A stretch of DNA of 64,000 bases from Cyanophora paradoxa CCMP329 (GCA_004431415.1 QPMI01000626.1:186001-250000), one strand, 5' to 3'. Counted from the stretch's first letter, positions 26,221-39,000 are shown. Notes: a model not told the origin generated them from the sequence alone. Program-made: numbers and translations.

Positions 26221-28304
26221 CTGCGGCTTCAAGGCTAGTTATCACGTCAAAATATGTTGCTTTGACGTACTGCTTCATGGCCTGGCTGCGCGAGAGTGCA
26301 CCTTGTGGCACTGCAGATCTAGAACAGAATCAGATGCACCCCTTCCCCCTTCGTGCCCGAATCCTAGAGCCTCGGAGCAAGCCGCCGAAGAAGATTCACG
26401 CTCAAATAACTAAGTTTATTGAAAAGGAGACGTTTATAATTATACCTTTTAATCATATGAAATGTGCTGGGCGACATAGTGCGGCACTATCACTTTTAAT
26501 TTTAGTTGGCAAGCCGAAAGTACGACTCCAACTTCTCGTGATGACAGTGACTCATGATCAGTGATCATGATCGAGATTGAACGTGCCGCATGATCGCGCA
26601 AGATGAAAATCGGACAGCATGATGAACATCCATTATACTTTCATTTTCCTCAGTGAGTTCAGCGAGAATGCGGCCAGGTGGCTTGTTCTAACATCGAGCC
26701 CTTCGAGAGCCCGTGCTGTGGCGTGTGCGCAGGGCCTGGGCTCGATCCTAGACAGCGAAACAATCAATTTTCAAAGGTTATACAAGATCCTGCCACTAGG
26801 CAGAGCGGCGCGCGCCCTGCACTGTCCACTAGCATGAGATTCTCCAGGTGGGGTCCGTGACAGACTCGGATCAAATCGAGCGCCCGAAGGCCACGACGAG
26901 GCAGGCGTATATCAATGCACCGTATTAGCACTTATATGAAGAACAGAGCAAAATGCTGCGATACGGGCGCAAGCGCACTGGCACACGGCAGCGCGTCGTG
27001 GAATCTGTTTGGTGGGGTCATGATCAGTTCAAAGGCGCGTGGCCGAGCGAGCGACGCGCGACAGTAGCGCAAACTCCTGCAGTGCGTGCAATCTGCGTGT
27101 GTGGTCAGTGCAGTCTCGCACGCCCGCCCCGGCGGACGGTGGGCCGGGCTCTCAACGCGGCGGGTGTCCGATTGACGTCCGGCGGCGGGCTGCTGTCTGG
27201 AAGCACAGTCGGCCGTCGGCTAGCTGTAGGCCAGGCTAACGGTTGCTGCTGGGCCCAGGGTAGACCCGGCTGGTCCGGGGTATACGTAGATCCTCGCAAA
27301 CGGCCAGCAGCTTCAAACAGCGGCCCAACCTGCACCTAACTCGCGCTCGAGCAGCGTCTAGGGACCTCTAGCGAGCTGCAGTGCCTTTCTCTCGCGCAGG
27401 GAAGCCGCGGCAGTCGGCTGCAGCCGGGTTTTGAACAGACCAGGTCCGACGGCCCGTCCCCGGCCGGCTGCCGAGCGCTCATGTGCTCGTTGCTTCCCAG
27501 AGCGCTCCTAGAAGCGGGCGGCTTCCTCGCCGAGCGCCGAGCGGCATTTTCCGCGGTCTCGCAAGGTTCGACCGGCAACCGCCGCGTAAATCTTGCCTCG
27601 GGAGGCGCCGCGGTCGTTTTGTGTGCTCGTTGCGCTGAACATGTTGCGCAGGAGCGGTCGGTGGACGTGCGCTCGTCTGTTCCGTTGAGTCCATCCGGCC
27701 GCTCGCTTGAGTGAGCGCTCCAGCCCTGCGGTCTCCGCTCGCTTGAGTGAGCGTCATGGTCTCAGCGCTCGAAGAGTGATCTTCGTTGCGCAGGACATGG
27801 GCGACAAGCGCGAGGCGGCGGCCGTGGTTCCGGAGGCGACAGCCGCGCCGGTGTTCAAGGAGCTCGAGGTACTGCCCCCGCCTATTGCTCAACGAATCTG
27901 ACGTGCAGTTTTAGCCCGCGCGGAAGCGCCGCAGGAGGAGGCAGCCCGCAGGCTGCGGTCCGACGGCCCAGACTTTGACCCTTGCTGCACCCGACTTCCT
28001 CTGTTGCGAAACAGTGCGGTCCTCACCTTAACGCTTTCCCTCAATCTATATCTGACTTCCGCACAGGAACCTGTGGGCTACTTGAAAGTCGCTCACATCT
28101 TGCCCTTCCTCAAGGAGGGGCTCAAGGTGCGGCTCTTCGTCGCCAAGATCGACGTCTACGTCGTCGACGAGGGGTTCTTCTTCGTCGGCATCGGCATTGT
28201 AGTGCCCAAGGTACGGGCCAAGATGAACCTCCCCCCCTCCCCCTCCCCCCCCCCCCCCCCCCTCTCGCCCCATGTCGCCCCCGCAGTACACCCTCCTAGC
28301 TGTA

Positions 28305-28790
28305 TCTAGATGCCCTACCCCGCCCCGCCTCCACTCCGCCCCCTCCCGGACCCCGGTGGGGGTACGCCTTCGCCGGCGTCTTCGGACAAGGTACCCCCCG
28401 GTAGCTGGGGTCCCTTGGTCCGACGGCGCTGGTGAGGGCGTACCCCCCTCGCGCGGGCCCCGATCGGGCACTAGCTCTAGATGCCTCTACTTACCCGCCC
28501 CTCCGGGCCCTCGGTGGGGGTACGCCTTCGCCGGCGTCTTCGGACAAGGTACCCCCCGGTAGCTGGGGTCCCTTGGTCTGAAGGCGCTGGTGAGGGCGTA
28601 CCCCCCTCGCGCGGGCCCCGATCGGGCACTAGCTCTAGATGCCTCTACTTACCCGCCCCCTCCGGGCCCTCGGTGGGGGTACGCCTTCGCCGGCGTCTTC
28701 GGACAAGGTACCCCCCGGTAGCTGGGGTCCCTTGGTCTGAAGGCGCTGGTGAGGGCGTACCCCCCTCGCGCGGGCCGCGTCGGGGCGCTA
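28305..28790 (+). repeat. Tandem repeat of about 158 bp, 3 copies
   Basis: tctagatgcc...gggggtacgccttcgccggcgtcttcggacaaggtacccccc...gggcactag repeated. Confidence 0.9.
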
Positions 28791-31700
28791 GCTTCATAGC
28801 TAAATGCCGTACCCCTCTTCAGTTGGGCCACATACTGACTCCATTTCAGTTGGGCGAAGCTGAGGAGCCCTCGGACGTCGTCAAGTTGGTTGTGCTGGCC
28901 GAAGGCAAAGCTGACGAGGACGTGCTGGGCAGAAAGGTAGCTCTGTCACTCCCCTCAAGGTTTATTCAGTTCATTCACGTCTAGCGTGCAGATCCCCGAG
29001 GATATCACGGAGTTTCCTGGCAACAAAGAGCTCACTACGTTCAGTGGGCTGGAAGGCCGAGTGGTCTTCTGGCCCAAGGCCCTCCTTTCCCTCCTCCGCA
29101 GTGCTAGCGCTAGATAGTGCGCCGCTGCCGGCGGCGCTGTGTTGCAATTGCAGTATTCATGCATGGCAACCGTCGCAGCTGCTGGGCAGGGTGCACGGGA
29201 CGGGGCGCGGGCGCCCGGCTGCGCGAGCCTGCTATTTATAGCTTCTCTGGGAACTCTTCTCTTTGTTGTCGGAACAATTGCTATTGCTATCTGAACACTT
29301 GCCATTGCTCTCGGGACTCCTGATTTGGGATCTCCATGGGCTACAAAACTTGCTGTGTATTTTGATCATTAGTTCCCAGAGTTACGAAGTTTCCAGTATG
29401 GAGAATTTGGGAAGTTCGTTGTTCCGAAACCGTAAGACTATCGGATTCCGAACCATTGGAACTGGGGGGGGCCCCCGTAGTGTGTCCTCCGTCCCGGAGG
29501 CTAGAGGGGACACCGCCCGCCTCTGCGGGCACGCCTAGTGCTCTCCACTGCCTTTTCACCTTCAAATCTCGCTCCAGCGCGCGATCGCCCTCGCCCGCCG
29601 CCCCCTGCCCGCCCCTCGACGGCGAGCGCGCCGCTTCTGCTAAGCCGTTTTTGAACCCGAACCATTTACGTCAACATTGAATTGAAGGCGCGCGCTCGGC
29701 AGATTCAGGTTTGAGCTCGAGTGCGAAATATTTGAGCAGGAAGTCGGAGTTTATTTGGCGCACCCGGGCCGCGGTGTAGCGTCGCCATGCCTCCTCCAGC
29801 GCGCGGCCCGCGGCCCGTCCGCCGGCCGCCGGCGCCCGCGCCCGCCGGACCGCCAGGGAGACCCGGGGCTGCGAGAAAAGCTTAAGAAAGCGAGAACGTT
29901 ATAATAATTGTGACTGATGCCTGCTTCTCGCACTTCATTACATCATAGAAACTGAAGCTTCTCGCACTTAATGAGAATCATACAAGCTAAGGGAGCGCAC
30001 GAGGAGGGACGGGGAGGCGGCGACGGCGTCGACGAGGGCGGCGGCGCCGCGCAGGCCCCGCTCGAAAACGAGGCGCATCTGCTGGAGGATTATTCGAAGG
30101 ATCCCGGAAAGGATAGGATCCGGAACGCCAGGAACGCTACGAATGCTAGGAACGCTAGGAACTAGAAACTAGGGACGCTGGCGCTCGGACAGCGGCCAAA
30201 GGATGAGAATTTTCGAAAGGACATTAACATTGGAGAACCATGTATAAATATATAGAGCATTTGAATAATAAATTCAAGATAAGGTCGCAATTAGAAATCA
30301 TCATCGGGACCGGGCTGGGGCCAGGTGTCCGGCGCCGCCAGCAGAGGCTGAATTTCGCACCTTTGCTTCAGAATGGAGTGTCAGCGCATTCAGCATCTCC
30401 AGCACTTTGTCTGCGTAACGGAGGGGAAGCGGAAGAAATTCAAATCGATACAAATCGACGTAATATCAACGTGATCTTGATCGCACCCCCGGAGACGTTT
30501 GGCTGGGAGGGAAAGTAGAGCGCGAGGAACCGCAGCGTGGCCGCGTGTGCGCCCCCTGCGCATGCAGACGAATGCGCAGCTCATTTAGCGGCTCGCACAG
30601 CTCTTATAAGTAGCTAAACGAGCAATTGCAAGGTCAACGGCGATCCAGCGCAAGTCGTTTGCGCTTATGTTGCTCGTGTAGGCGCGGATCTGCCGCGAAA
30701 ATCAAATTAAAATTAAAAGCCACTCAGATCACTCGGCATCACCGAGAACCATAACTATTAGCTGACAACATCACAGATTAAAAGGAGAACGCCATGCAAG
30801 CTTAAGCACCAGAATCCGTCGGAGACCGGCGAAGGCGCCGGGCGGCCAGGCGGCCGGCAAGCGGCAGTCGTGGAGGGAGAGGCTTGGGCCCCCGCCCGCA
30901 GACTCCAGCTCGCGGTCGTCCCCGGCCGGCGCTGCGCACGCAAAGCCGAACCGAGAAATAAATATAAATTAATTCTTTACTATTACTTACAAGAGCGCCG
31001 AAAATAGAATAGAAGAGCTATCGCGGATTCAAGCGAACCCGTCAGCATCCGCCCGCAGACGGCCGACGGCCGCCATCCGGTGGCCTGCTCGCAAAGATTG
31101 AATTTAGAATTAGAAAAGGGAACACAGTCGCAGCACCGAATAATTAATTCTGCGGTCTGATGACGATGAAGTATTTATACGCGGAAACAAAATTTAATGA
31201 TAGAAACGGATTCGGACCCTAAAATTAAATGAGAGAAACGGTTTTATTATAAGCACAAATCAAAAGAAATTAAATGAGAGAAACGGACCCTCTCCAGGGC
31301 TCCCGAAGTCGGCAGCGCGGATGAGGAGGGAAGGAACTCGGATGCCCTGAATCGAAATAAAACGCCGCACGCGCGCTCAGGATCAGTGATCGATCGATAT
31401 CATGTGGATCGATCCGAAGCGGATCGAGCGAAACGGTATACGTACTAATGGGAAGCGCGGACCGCAGCGGCGAGGGGCTGCAGCGACGCGGATCCCGCCG
31501 CGCCGGCGTCGCGCAGCTCGACCCTCCGAACGAAGCGGAGCGACGGAACCCCCCGCACGAACTCCTGCGGCGAAATTAAAGGAGCGAAGTTACACATCTC
31601 TTCGCTCCTGAAAAACTGTTTCTGAAGATCTAGATATAGAATTCTAATCATCGTTTAGAAAGCGAGCGGACCGGGACCAGAGAGGGATCCATGCCGCGGC

Positions 31701-32561
31701 CGTAGATGACGATGCCCGAGTGGAGGGCCCGCAGCGCCCCGTGGATCCGCCTCTGTTCGAATTCGCGGTTCATGCATTCAGTGAGAGAGCCGAAAATAGA
31801 TTATATGCATCGTGGAGGTGGCCATAAATTAAAGAGCCATAAATTGTTTCGATAACATAGAGAGACCCAGGGGTTGAGAGCCAAAAAATGTTTCTGTTGA
31901 GAAAAGAGGCGTCGTATCGAGACTCAGGATCATAGATTCAGTAAACGTTACATGGAGCCATGGTCCGATCCGATACTCGGAGATCCGACGCTATGTGCAC
32001 CAAATACATGTACAAATGCTCGCGCATGAATTCGTGCATGAATTCGAAGTGCACGTACCTCGCTGTCTAAGGATTTGCGGAAAGCCCACAGAATCTGATG
32101 CGAGGAAAACCAGAAATTAAAAAAGTGTATTTATACATAAAAAGTGGTGAGGCGCGCCACGGCGCAGGCATATGCACTCCCACGGTGGGAGTCGCACTTT
32201 GACAGACAGAAGGTCGAGGCAACGCCGGCCGGGCGCGATTCGAATGCCGCCGCCGTCTGGGTTCGAGCTCCACTCGACGATCCGTAGATCCTGAAGCTGC
32301 GCGAGACTTAATAATGTGCTTACAATAATCAAGGATACAGCTTAAGCAGGAGCCTAATTCAAAGCTTGATTTCATCAATAAATTGGAACTGGATTTCATT
32401 CTATTAAAGGTGCTGCACGCATTCAATGTTAACGAACCTGAGGGGCGTACTGTGCGAGGAGCAGACTCGGGGCCAGCTCCTCCCACAGCCAGTCGAACTT
32501 CCTTTCGCTGCGGCGAAACGACTCGCTCTAGATCTCGAATTCAAGGGAAGACAAGGCAGAT

Positions 32562-33535
32562 CTAGATACGGAGAGCTGACCTGAGCTCGTCCGCGGGGTC
32601 GGGGCCGACCAGGCGGGGGAACGCGAGGTCGAGCCGGCGGAGGCAGGCGGGGACGATGCCCGCGAAAGAGGCGCCGCTCGTGTCGAACTTGAGCGGAGTC
32701 GTGAACCTGGGAGGCTCGAGCTCGAGATCGGGTTCGTTTCCCGCGCCGCCGCCGACGACGCCGATGGAGAGACCCCCGATCTCGAGTGTCCGAAGGCCCG
32801 CCGCGCCGGTTTCCTTGAATTCGAACCCCCAGTCCATTTCCTTGCAAGAGAGCGCGAGGACCAGCGACAGGTGCGTCAGCTCGCTATAGAAGGGGCGGGC
32901 GAGCAGGCGCCGTGCGTCCTCCATGCTCAGAGCGCGCTCCGGCAGCAGGCGGAGTGACCGGAGCGCTTCGTCGCGCAGCCGCGCGAGCCGCTGCCGGTTC
33001 GACTGCGAGTTGTTGGTCGGGAGCCGAATCTTCAGGCGGGGCGGAAGCGGTTCCAAGCCCGAGATTCGTAAGTCGCCGAACTTGGAGTACGTTGAAAGTC
33101 GCCAGCGGCCGAATTCGTAGAACGCTGGCCCCCGCTCGATCTTCTGGACGACAAAGGGGCGCTCGGACAGGTCTGCGAGCTCCCGCTCCAGTTCCCTCAC
33201 GCGTCGCCGCAGCACGTCGCGCGGATTTCCGCGCTTTATGCTCACAGCGACCCTGCGCGCGGATCGATATCGGACCGGAGCGGTCATCTGGAGAGTCGCG
33301 ATTGCAATTGCGAAATTTGATCTGCACGCGCGCGCGCGTACCGCAGGGTGACGTGTCGGGGCAGCGGGCGCTGCAGCGCGACGGATCTCCACCGCTTGTT
33401 GACGGCGCTGGCCCGCGCGCGGTCCTCCGCCGCGAGCGGCAAGAGGCAGAGCCGCAGGAGGTCATCAGGCAGGGGGATGTCAGAGACAGGCCTAGGCTGA
33501 CGCTCGGCTTCGGAATTAATATTCGGGGCTGCCAT
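32562..33535 (-). CDS. F-box protein (frame change near 33290; intron or pseudogene)
   Basis: LPDDLLRLCLLPLAAEDRARASAVNKRWRSV F-box motif; continues in ORF 32562-33392 in a different frame. Confidence 0.65.
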
Positions 33536-33800
33536 CGACGTCGACGGTGGTCGCGCGGCGAGAGCACAGCGCTGCAATGAGCTTGCAATTGATTGCCGGA
33601 TCGGGCTGCAGCTGACAGCGGCCGGGCCGAAATCGAAGCGGCGGTGGCTTGCGCGGATCTAGATCTGCGCATCCGGGGGCAAAGTGAGTCTCCCGTGCGC
33701 GTGCGGCGTACTTTGACTTCGATCATGCACGAACAAGCGCTCTAGATCTCCTTATCGTCGCTTAGAAATTTATGGTGCGCTGATGATGCAAATGACAGGA

Positions 33801-33806
33801 CCCGCG
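33801..33806 (+). other. 6-bp target-site duplication CCCGCG (second copy at 58361-58366)
   Basis: The same hexamer directly flanks both TIRs; 6-bp TSDs are typical of rve-integrase Polintons. Confidence 0.92.
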
Positions 33807-34712
33807 GCTCGCGGGGTGGACACCCCCACCAATTCCCGCGACCATTTTCAATAAGCACATTTTCAGCATCACGAATCTCAGTCACAAAATCACAAATTCG
33901 CACTGAGCCACATTGTATTTTTCAAACATCTAACTCCTCCTTACTGAAACCAATCACAAAAACCTACATATAATCTTCTCTCTAATCCCTTACCATTTTC
34001 AGTAAGCCTTTATTCCGCCTTCCGATCTCTCAGTAAGGACAGTAAGACCCCTATTTTTACGAAATGTTCCCGATCGTTTCCAAACTGTTTTCAGTTACCC
34101 AAATTGAAAAATCAAGGTGACCCCCACCGATAGCGTAAATCAACATATGAAATGCGTTTATCCCCACTTAAAGATTTCCCGCTATATAGCTATAAAGATG
34201 CCGAGCAATCAACTCCCACTACCCAAAAGTAAGCAATGCACTATCTGCAAAGTAGATAGACCTGCATCGTGTTTTGGTTTGCGTAAATTAAAAACTGGTA
34301 ATGTCGCATTGAATCCAAGATGCATCGAGTGCAACCGCGACTATCACCTTGACCTGTATCACAAAGTCTTAAAAACGCGTCCGAAAATCGAAGTACAATC
34401 GAAGATATGCCCGGATTGCAAGATTGAGAAGCCTGCAAGCGAGTATAATAAAAAGCAAAGTACGAAGGATGGTCTCTACTATAAATGCCGACAGTGTTAT
34501 AGTGAGACTCGGACGAGCTAATTTATGATTTTAAAATGAGATTTATATTTTTTAAAGCAAGTTTGTGCATGAGCAAGCATGCCGAAAATGCCCACCTGCA
34601 CAAACTTGCGCACCCCATCGACAAAGTACGATGATCGACGAAGTACGACGATAGACCACGATTAATCGCAACTGGAACCACTCGCGCCCCGCCCACTATG
34701 CAAGATACATGC
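33807..34712 (+). repeat. Left terminal inverted repeat (906 bp)
   Basis: Begins GCTCGCGGGGTGGACACCCC and ends CAAGATACATGC; reverse complement of 57455-58360. Paired coordinates sum to 92167 at both ends and for the internal ORF, so there is no net indel. Confidence 0.96.
34198..34521 (+). CDS. TIR-encoded tandem C4 zinc-finger protein (left copy)
   Basis: ATG preceded by TATAAAG; two CxxC-K..(K/R)PAS..-CxxC units (CTIC...CIEC and CPDC...CRQC). Confidence 0.75.
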   Translation: MPSNQLPLPKSKQCTICKVDRPASCFGLRKLKTGNVALNPRCIECNRDYHLDLYHKVLKTRPKIEVQSKICPDCKIEKPASEYNKKQSTKDGLYYKCRQCYSETRTS

Positions 34713-34801
34713 CTTTCTTATGCATGATCTATGAAAAATAACAATAAACCCAGTCGTCAGACAAGCTGCCTTGGCTGCGCCTCTCTCATTCTTCGAATTC
34801 T

Positions 34802-35065
34802 TTACATAGGAGCACTCACAGTAATTTCGCTTGCCTTCCGAACAGTCCCCCGATTAAACGCTTGCTCTACAATCGCTTCCTTTGTGAGTGGAATTGGAAT
34901 TCCAGCGGCAATACACGATTTAACTTCTTTGTCCACAATCTCATCAATCGCGATTCTTGCCCTATTATGAGCCGCATTATCGATCCAATCCTGAACAGAG
35001 TAGGCACAGTATTCCATTCCCAGTTTTTCAGTCTCAGTTAGAACTACCTGATAGATGTTCGACAT
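34802..35065 (-). CDS. Small phage-like protein, possibly a fibre assembly chaperone
   Basis: 87 aa with QDWIDNAAHNRARIAIDEIV, a motif I recall from small ORFs next to C1q-fibre genes in aquatic phages; lies directly downstream of the C1q gene. Confidence 0.6.
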   Translation of the reverse strand: MSNIYQVVLTETEKLGMEYCAYSVQDWIDNAAHNRARIAIDEIVDKEVKSCIAAGIPIPLTKEAIVEQAFNRGTVRKASEITVSAPM

Positions 35066-35098
35066 TCTTCTACTTTATGCAGCAGAAATTAATTGAAT

Positions 35099-36067
35099 TT
35101 AATCACTACTTATAAGCTCTCCTGTAAAATAATTAAAAGGAGCAACTACGTTATCTCCATAAATTGATCCACTAACATATAAAGTAACATAATCATTTGC
35201 TGCAAGTGAAATTATAACATCGACAGGAATAAGAGGTCTGTATGAAATAGTGGTTGTCGATACAGAATGACTATATGCAACTATTTTTGTGCCGCTGCCG
35301 TTTTTTCGTATCTCTACTTTTGCAGAGTTATTGTCGTTTAGCCCATTCATTGCTCCAAATGCAAATCTATATTTTCCACTTATCGGAGCTGTGAAAACAC
35401 CAGTTGATGTATTCATGCTTGAATGAGTTAAAAATTGAATTCCAAACGCTGTGATAACACCGGTTGTAACACTGGTGCTCAACGCAACACAGAAACGTGG
35501 ATGGTTCGGAGTAGCAAGATAAGAGTTAGTTCCATTAATACTTATTCCATTCCAGGTGAAGGTTCCAGCATTGGTTGGATTTGTGTATGATGATGTAAAT
35601 GTAGAAGCAATCTTTGCCCCGCCTCTCTTGATCTCAAAATTGTCATTTGCACCCACAGTATCAATCGAATTCGTTTTGATTCCACCAGTGGCTGTAATTG
35701 CTCCATTCACACTCAGTCCAGTCCCAATCCATGCCCCACCACTGTAAACTTGAAAAGCCGCCGAATTCCTATCAGCCGGATTAAAAGCCGTTTTGGAATC
35801 CTGTTGACCTTCATATAGATTATCTTTGGTGACCAGCCCCGAAGATATTGCGGGTCGATTCGATACGATCAGTTCAGTAGCTTTGACGATTCCACCAGCC
35901 TTGTCGGCTCTGAGTTCTTTGACTCTGAGTATCGTGTTTTCATTAAAAGAATCGGTTTTCGCTGTCTCAGTCGAAGGGAATGACTCGTTTAGATCATATA
36001 CAGTGTGTTGCACGTTATGGACAGCACTGGCTGATAAGGAAAACACAGGCGTGAACACAGTCGACAT
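35099..36067 (-). CDS. Fibre/receptor-binding protein with C-terminal C1q (TNF-like) domain
   Basis: STGVFTAPISGKYRF, IRKNG, LAANDYV and FTGELI are C1q-domain hallmarks; beta-rich, G/T/S-rich shaft. Confidence 0.85.
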   Translation of the reverse strand: MSTVFTPVFSLSASAVHNVQHTVYDLNESFPSTETAKTDSFNENTILRVKELRADKAGGIVKATELIVSNRPAISSGLVTKDNLYEGQQDSKTAFNPADRNSAAFQVYSGGAWIGTGLSVNGAITATGGIKTNSIDTVGANDNFEIKRGGAKIASTFTSSYTNPTNAGTFTWNGISINGTNSYLATPNHPRFCVALSTSVTTGVITAFGIQFLTHSSMNTSTGVFTAPISGKYRFAFGAMNGLNDNNSAKVEIRKNGSGTKIVAYSHSVSTTTISYRPLIPVDVIISLAANDYVTLYVSGSIYGDNVVAPFNYFTGELISSD

Positions 36068-36087
36068 CTTTTGATTGTTCTTTATTA

Positions 36088-39000
36088 TTACGTGAGAATA
36101 TTATTGTTTTGGAGAGGTCCGACAGCAATCCAATGGAGTTTAAGCGTTCTTTCGTTTTGTGGCACATTCGTATAATTGATCGCCGAATAACAAGTAAATA
36201 TAGCAATCCAGGTGAATTTATTTTTGAAACCAACACGGTTCCCACTCACAAATTCAGCGGAGATATATATGCTATTGGTGAAATCGACACTCGTTAAAAT
36301 AATACTGTTTTCGAGAGTAGCATTAACTATTGGATCACTATAATATGGGGTAGAAAACGTAACGGTTCCTGATGCTGTAAACACTTGCCCTACTGTATAA
36401 ACTTGATTAGGTATAACTACATCCGCTGTCCCTGTTGCACATATGCATTTGCATTTACATAGCTACCGAAATTCGTGAGCAACTCGATGCTGTGATTGTG
36501 AGTAGGTGGCGAAGTAGGTGTGTTTATCAGATCATCATAATTTCCACTTGTAGCCACAGCATGTAGGTTTGGTGTGTTTATCAGATCATCATAATTTCCA
36601 CTTGTAGCCACAGCATGTAGGTTTGGTGTGTTTATCAGATCATCATAATTTCCACTTGTAGCCACAGCATGTAGGTTTGGTGTGTTTATCAGATCATCAT
36701 AATTTCCACTTGTGGCAACAGCATGCAAATTCGGCTTAGTAAATAACCTATCCCATGTCCCATTGAAAGGAAGTGTAGATTCTGATATAATTACACCTTG
36801 ATCAATCCAACGAGGTATATAGCTTGTGAAATCGGGAGGATTTACAAGATCATAGTAATTTCCTGTGTATGCTACACTACTCCAAGTAGGCTTCTCAGTA
36901 ATATCAGTCCATTTACCACTAAATCCCGCCGGGACATCTGTGAGTTCTTTGTAGCTCACCTTTTGTTTTGGTATCGACAGCTCAATGGGCGAGAATGCAC
37001 CCAAAAGCTGATTTTCAGAGGTGAAATACATGAGGTTTTGACTGTTAGGGAAGTCATCCACGACGTTAAAGGTGGAATTCGTGGGTAATTCGAGGCGACT
37101 GATTGGGGTGTTTGGATCTAATACATATTCAGCACCAAGGTGGACAACAGGAAATGTTTGATCATTCGGAGTAGTAACAAAGAAATTAGAAGCATGCACA
37201 TCACCTGCCACAGTTCCACCTGTTAGTGGTAAATAATCATGATCGTGTGAATCAGGTGGATAGGTCGATGGGGGATTGACAATATGCTCCCAGAAATGCT
37301 TGTGAACATTGGGTAATTCAAGTCGACTAAATGGAGTGTTTGGATCTAATACATATTCAGCACCAAGGTGGACAACAGGAAATGTTTGATCATTTGGAGT
37401 GTCCACATAGAAATTCGGAGCATGCACATCACCTGTGAGAGTCCCGCCTGTAAGGGGTAAATAATCCCCAAGAGCCGACGTTAATTCTGTATCTGTTACA
37501 TAATCTTCAAGAATTGCTGCAAGTTCTGTATCGTCTACATAGTTTTTACTTTCGAGGTAATCATCTGTTACCACACCTGAAAGGGTTGTATTGTGTAAGT
37601 TTTTAGCCGCCATTCTCTGATTGACTTCTAAGGCGCCACCTGTTGTTGTTTTAATCCACGCCATCTCGCATTTTCCGTGATCATCTGTGGGTTGTCCCAC
37701 AACAGGAAGATAGTTTACAACTTTCTCCCTTGTGAACACAATCTTAGGTCTTGCTCCATCATATGCGCTTTGATCCGTTACATTTACTTGAATTGCTGCT
37801 GAAAAATCCGCTTCTTGTCCTATTTCTCCTGGGTGATAATTCGTAACATAGATACTGGGGAAAGTATCATTTACTCCTACATTGAAATCGCCACTATACA
37901 CTCCGTTTACGATTGGATCCCTGGGTAATCTTACAGCAAGAGTTCCCACCATCGGTGTGCCTGTTTCACCTGTAAACGACCCATTCAGACTAACATAATG
38001 ATCATTCAAAAATAGCCTTTCAGGTGTATTAATCGATTGGTAAAGTGTGACCCCATTAAAAACATTTCCGATTGCATTCAATTGCGCAAAAACTGGCTGC
38101 TCATCTATTTCCTCCCATGGGTGCCTGTGGTTACTATTGGTAATCTCTGAATAATCATGAGTGTGTTTTCCCGGTGGGAAGGTCGATGGGGGATTTGTGA
38201 TATCTTCCATAAATGCTTATGGGCGAAATCTGTAATATCTGCTTTTGTGTGTTTTTGCTTTGCTAACCAATCTAAAACAACATTCGATGTCGGGTGATTT
38301 GGTAGGTTTGCTTCAATCTTCACAGTGAGATAATCGACTATTACATTACTTCCATTAATATTACTTGCCCATAGGTTACTGCTGTAAATGTTACTTGCAT
38401 AAATGTTACTGCTATAAATATTACTTGTAACTGTAAGGTTTGATGCAATTGTAAGATTAGATGAAATAACACCACCTTTGAGAGACAAGTAATCATGAGT
38501 GTGTGGATCAGGTGGGAAGGTTAATGGTCGATTGGTGATATGCTCCCACAAATGCTCGTGAGAACTGGGTGGATAGGTTAATGGGGCATTGGTGATATGT
38601 TCCCACAAATGCTTGTGAGAATTGGGTAGTTCGATTCGACTAATTGGGGTGTTGTCGCCCAATATAAATTCGGCACCTGTATGCACGACCGGGTTTCTTT
38701 GGATATACATATTTGATGCACCTATTACAGGTGCTATTATGGGCACATCCGAATTAACGAGATTGCAAGTGATGGAGAAAATGGTTTTAGGGGCGAATAG
38801 ATTGCAATCAAAGGTCACAGTAGCTGGATCAATAGTAGGATCGACGTTTGAACAGATCTGAAACATCCACCCACCCACACAGTTGCAATTTAGATTTCGA
38901 AAGACTGTTCCCGCCATTGCATCCACATAGCCAATCCCATTTGCTATGTCATATATGTGACCAAACTCGTAACCAAAAATGTCATTCCACAGGTTGGAAG

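Noticed and set aside
25001-26564. Long R/A/P/G-rich ORFs in all six frames
   Set aside because: Artefact of a stop-free GC minisatellite.
35431-35438. AAAATTGA early-promoter motif
   Set aside because: It lies inside the C1q gene on the antisense strand with no downstream ORF; expected by chance in AT-rich DNA.
37085-37470. Diversity-generating retroelement TR/VR pair
   Set aside because: Both copies are in-frame within one gene, the differences are not adenine-specific, and no reverse transcriptase is present.
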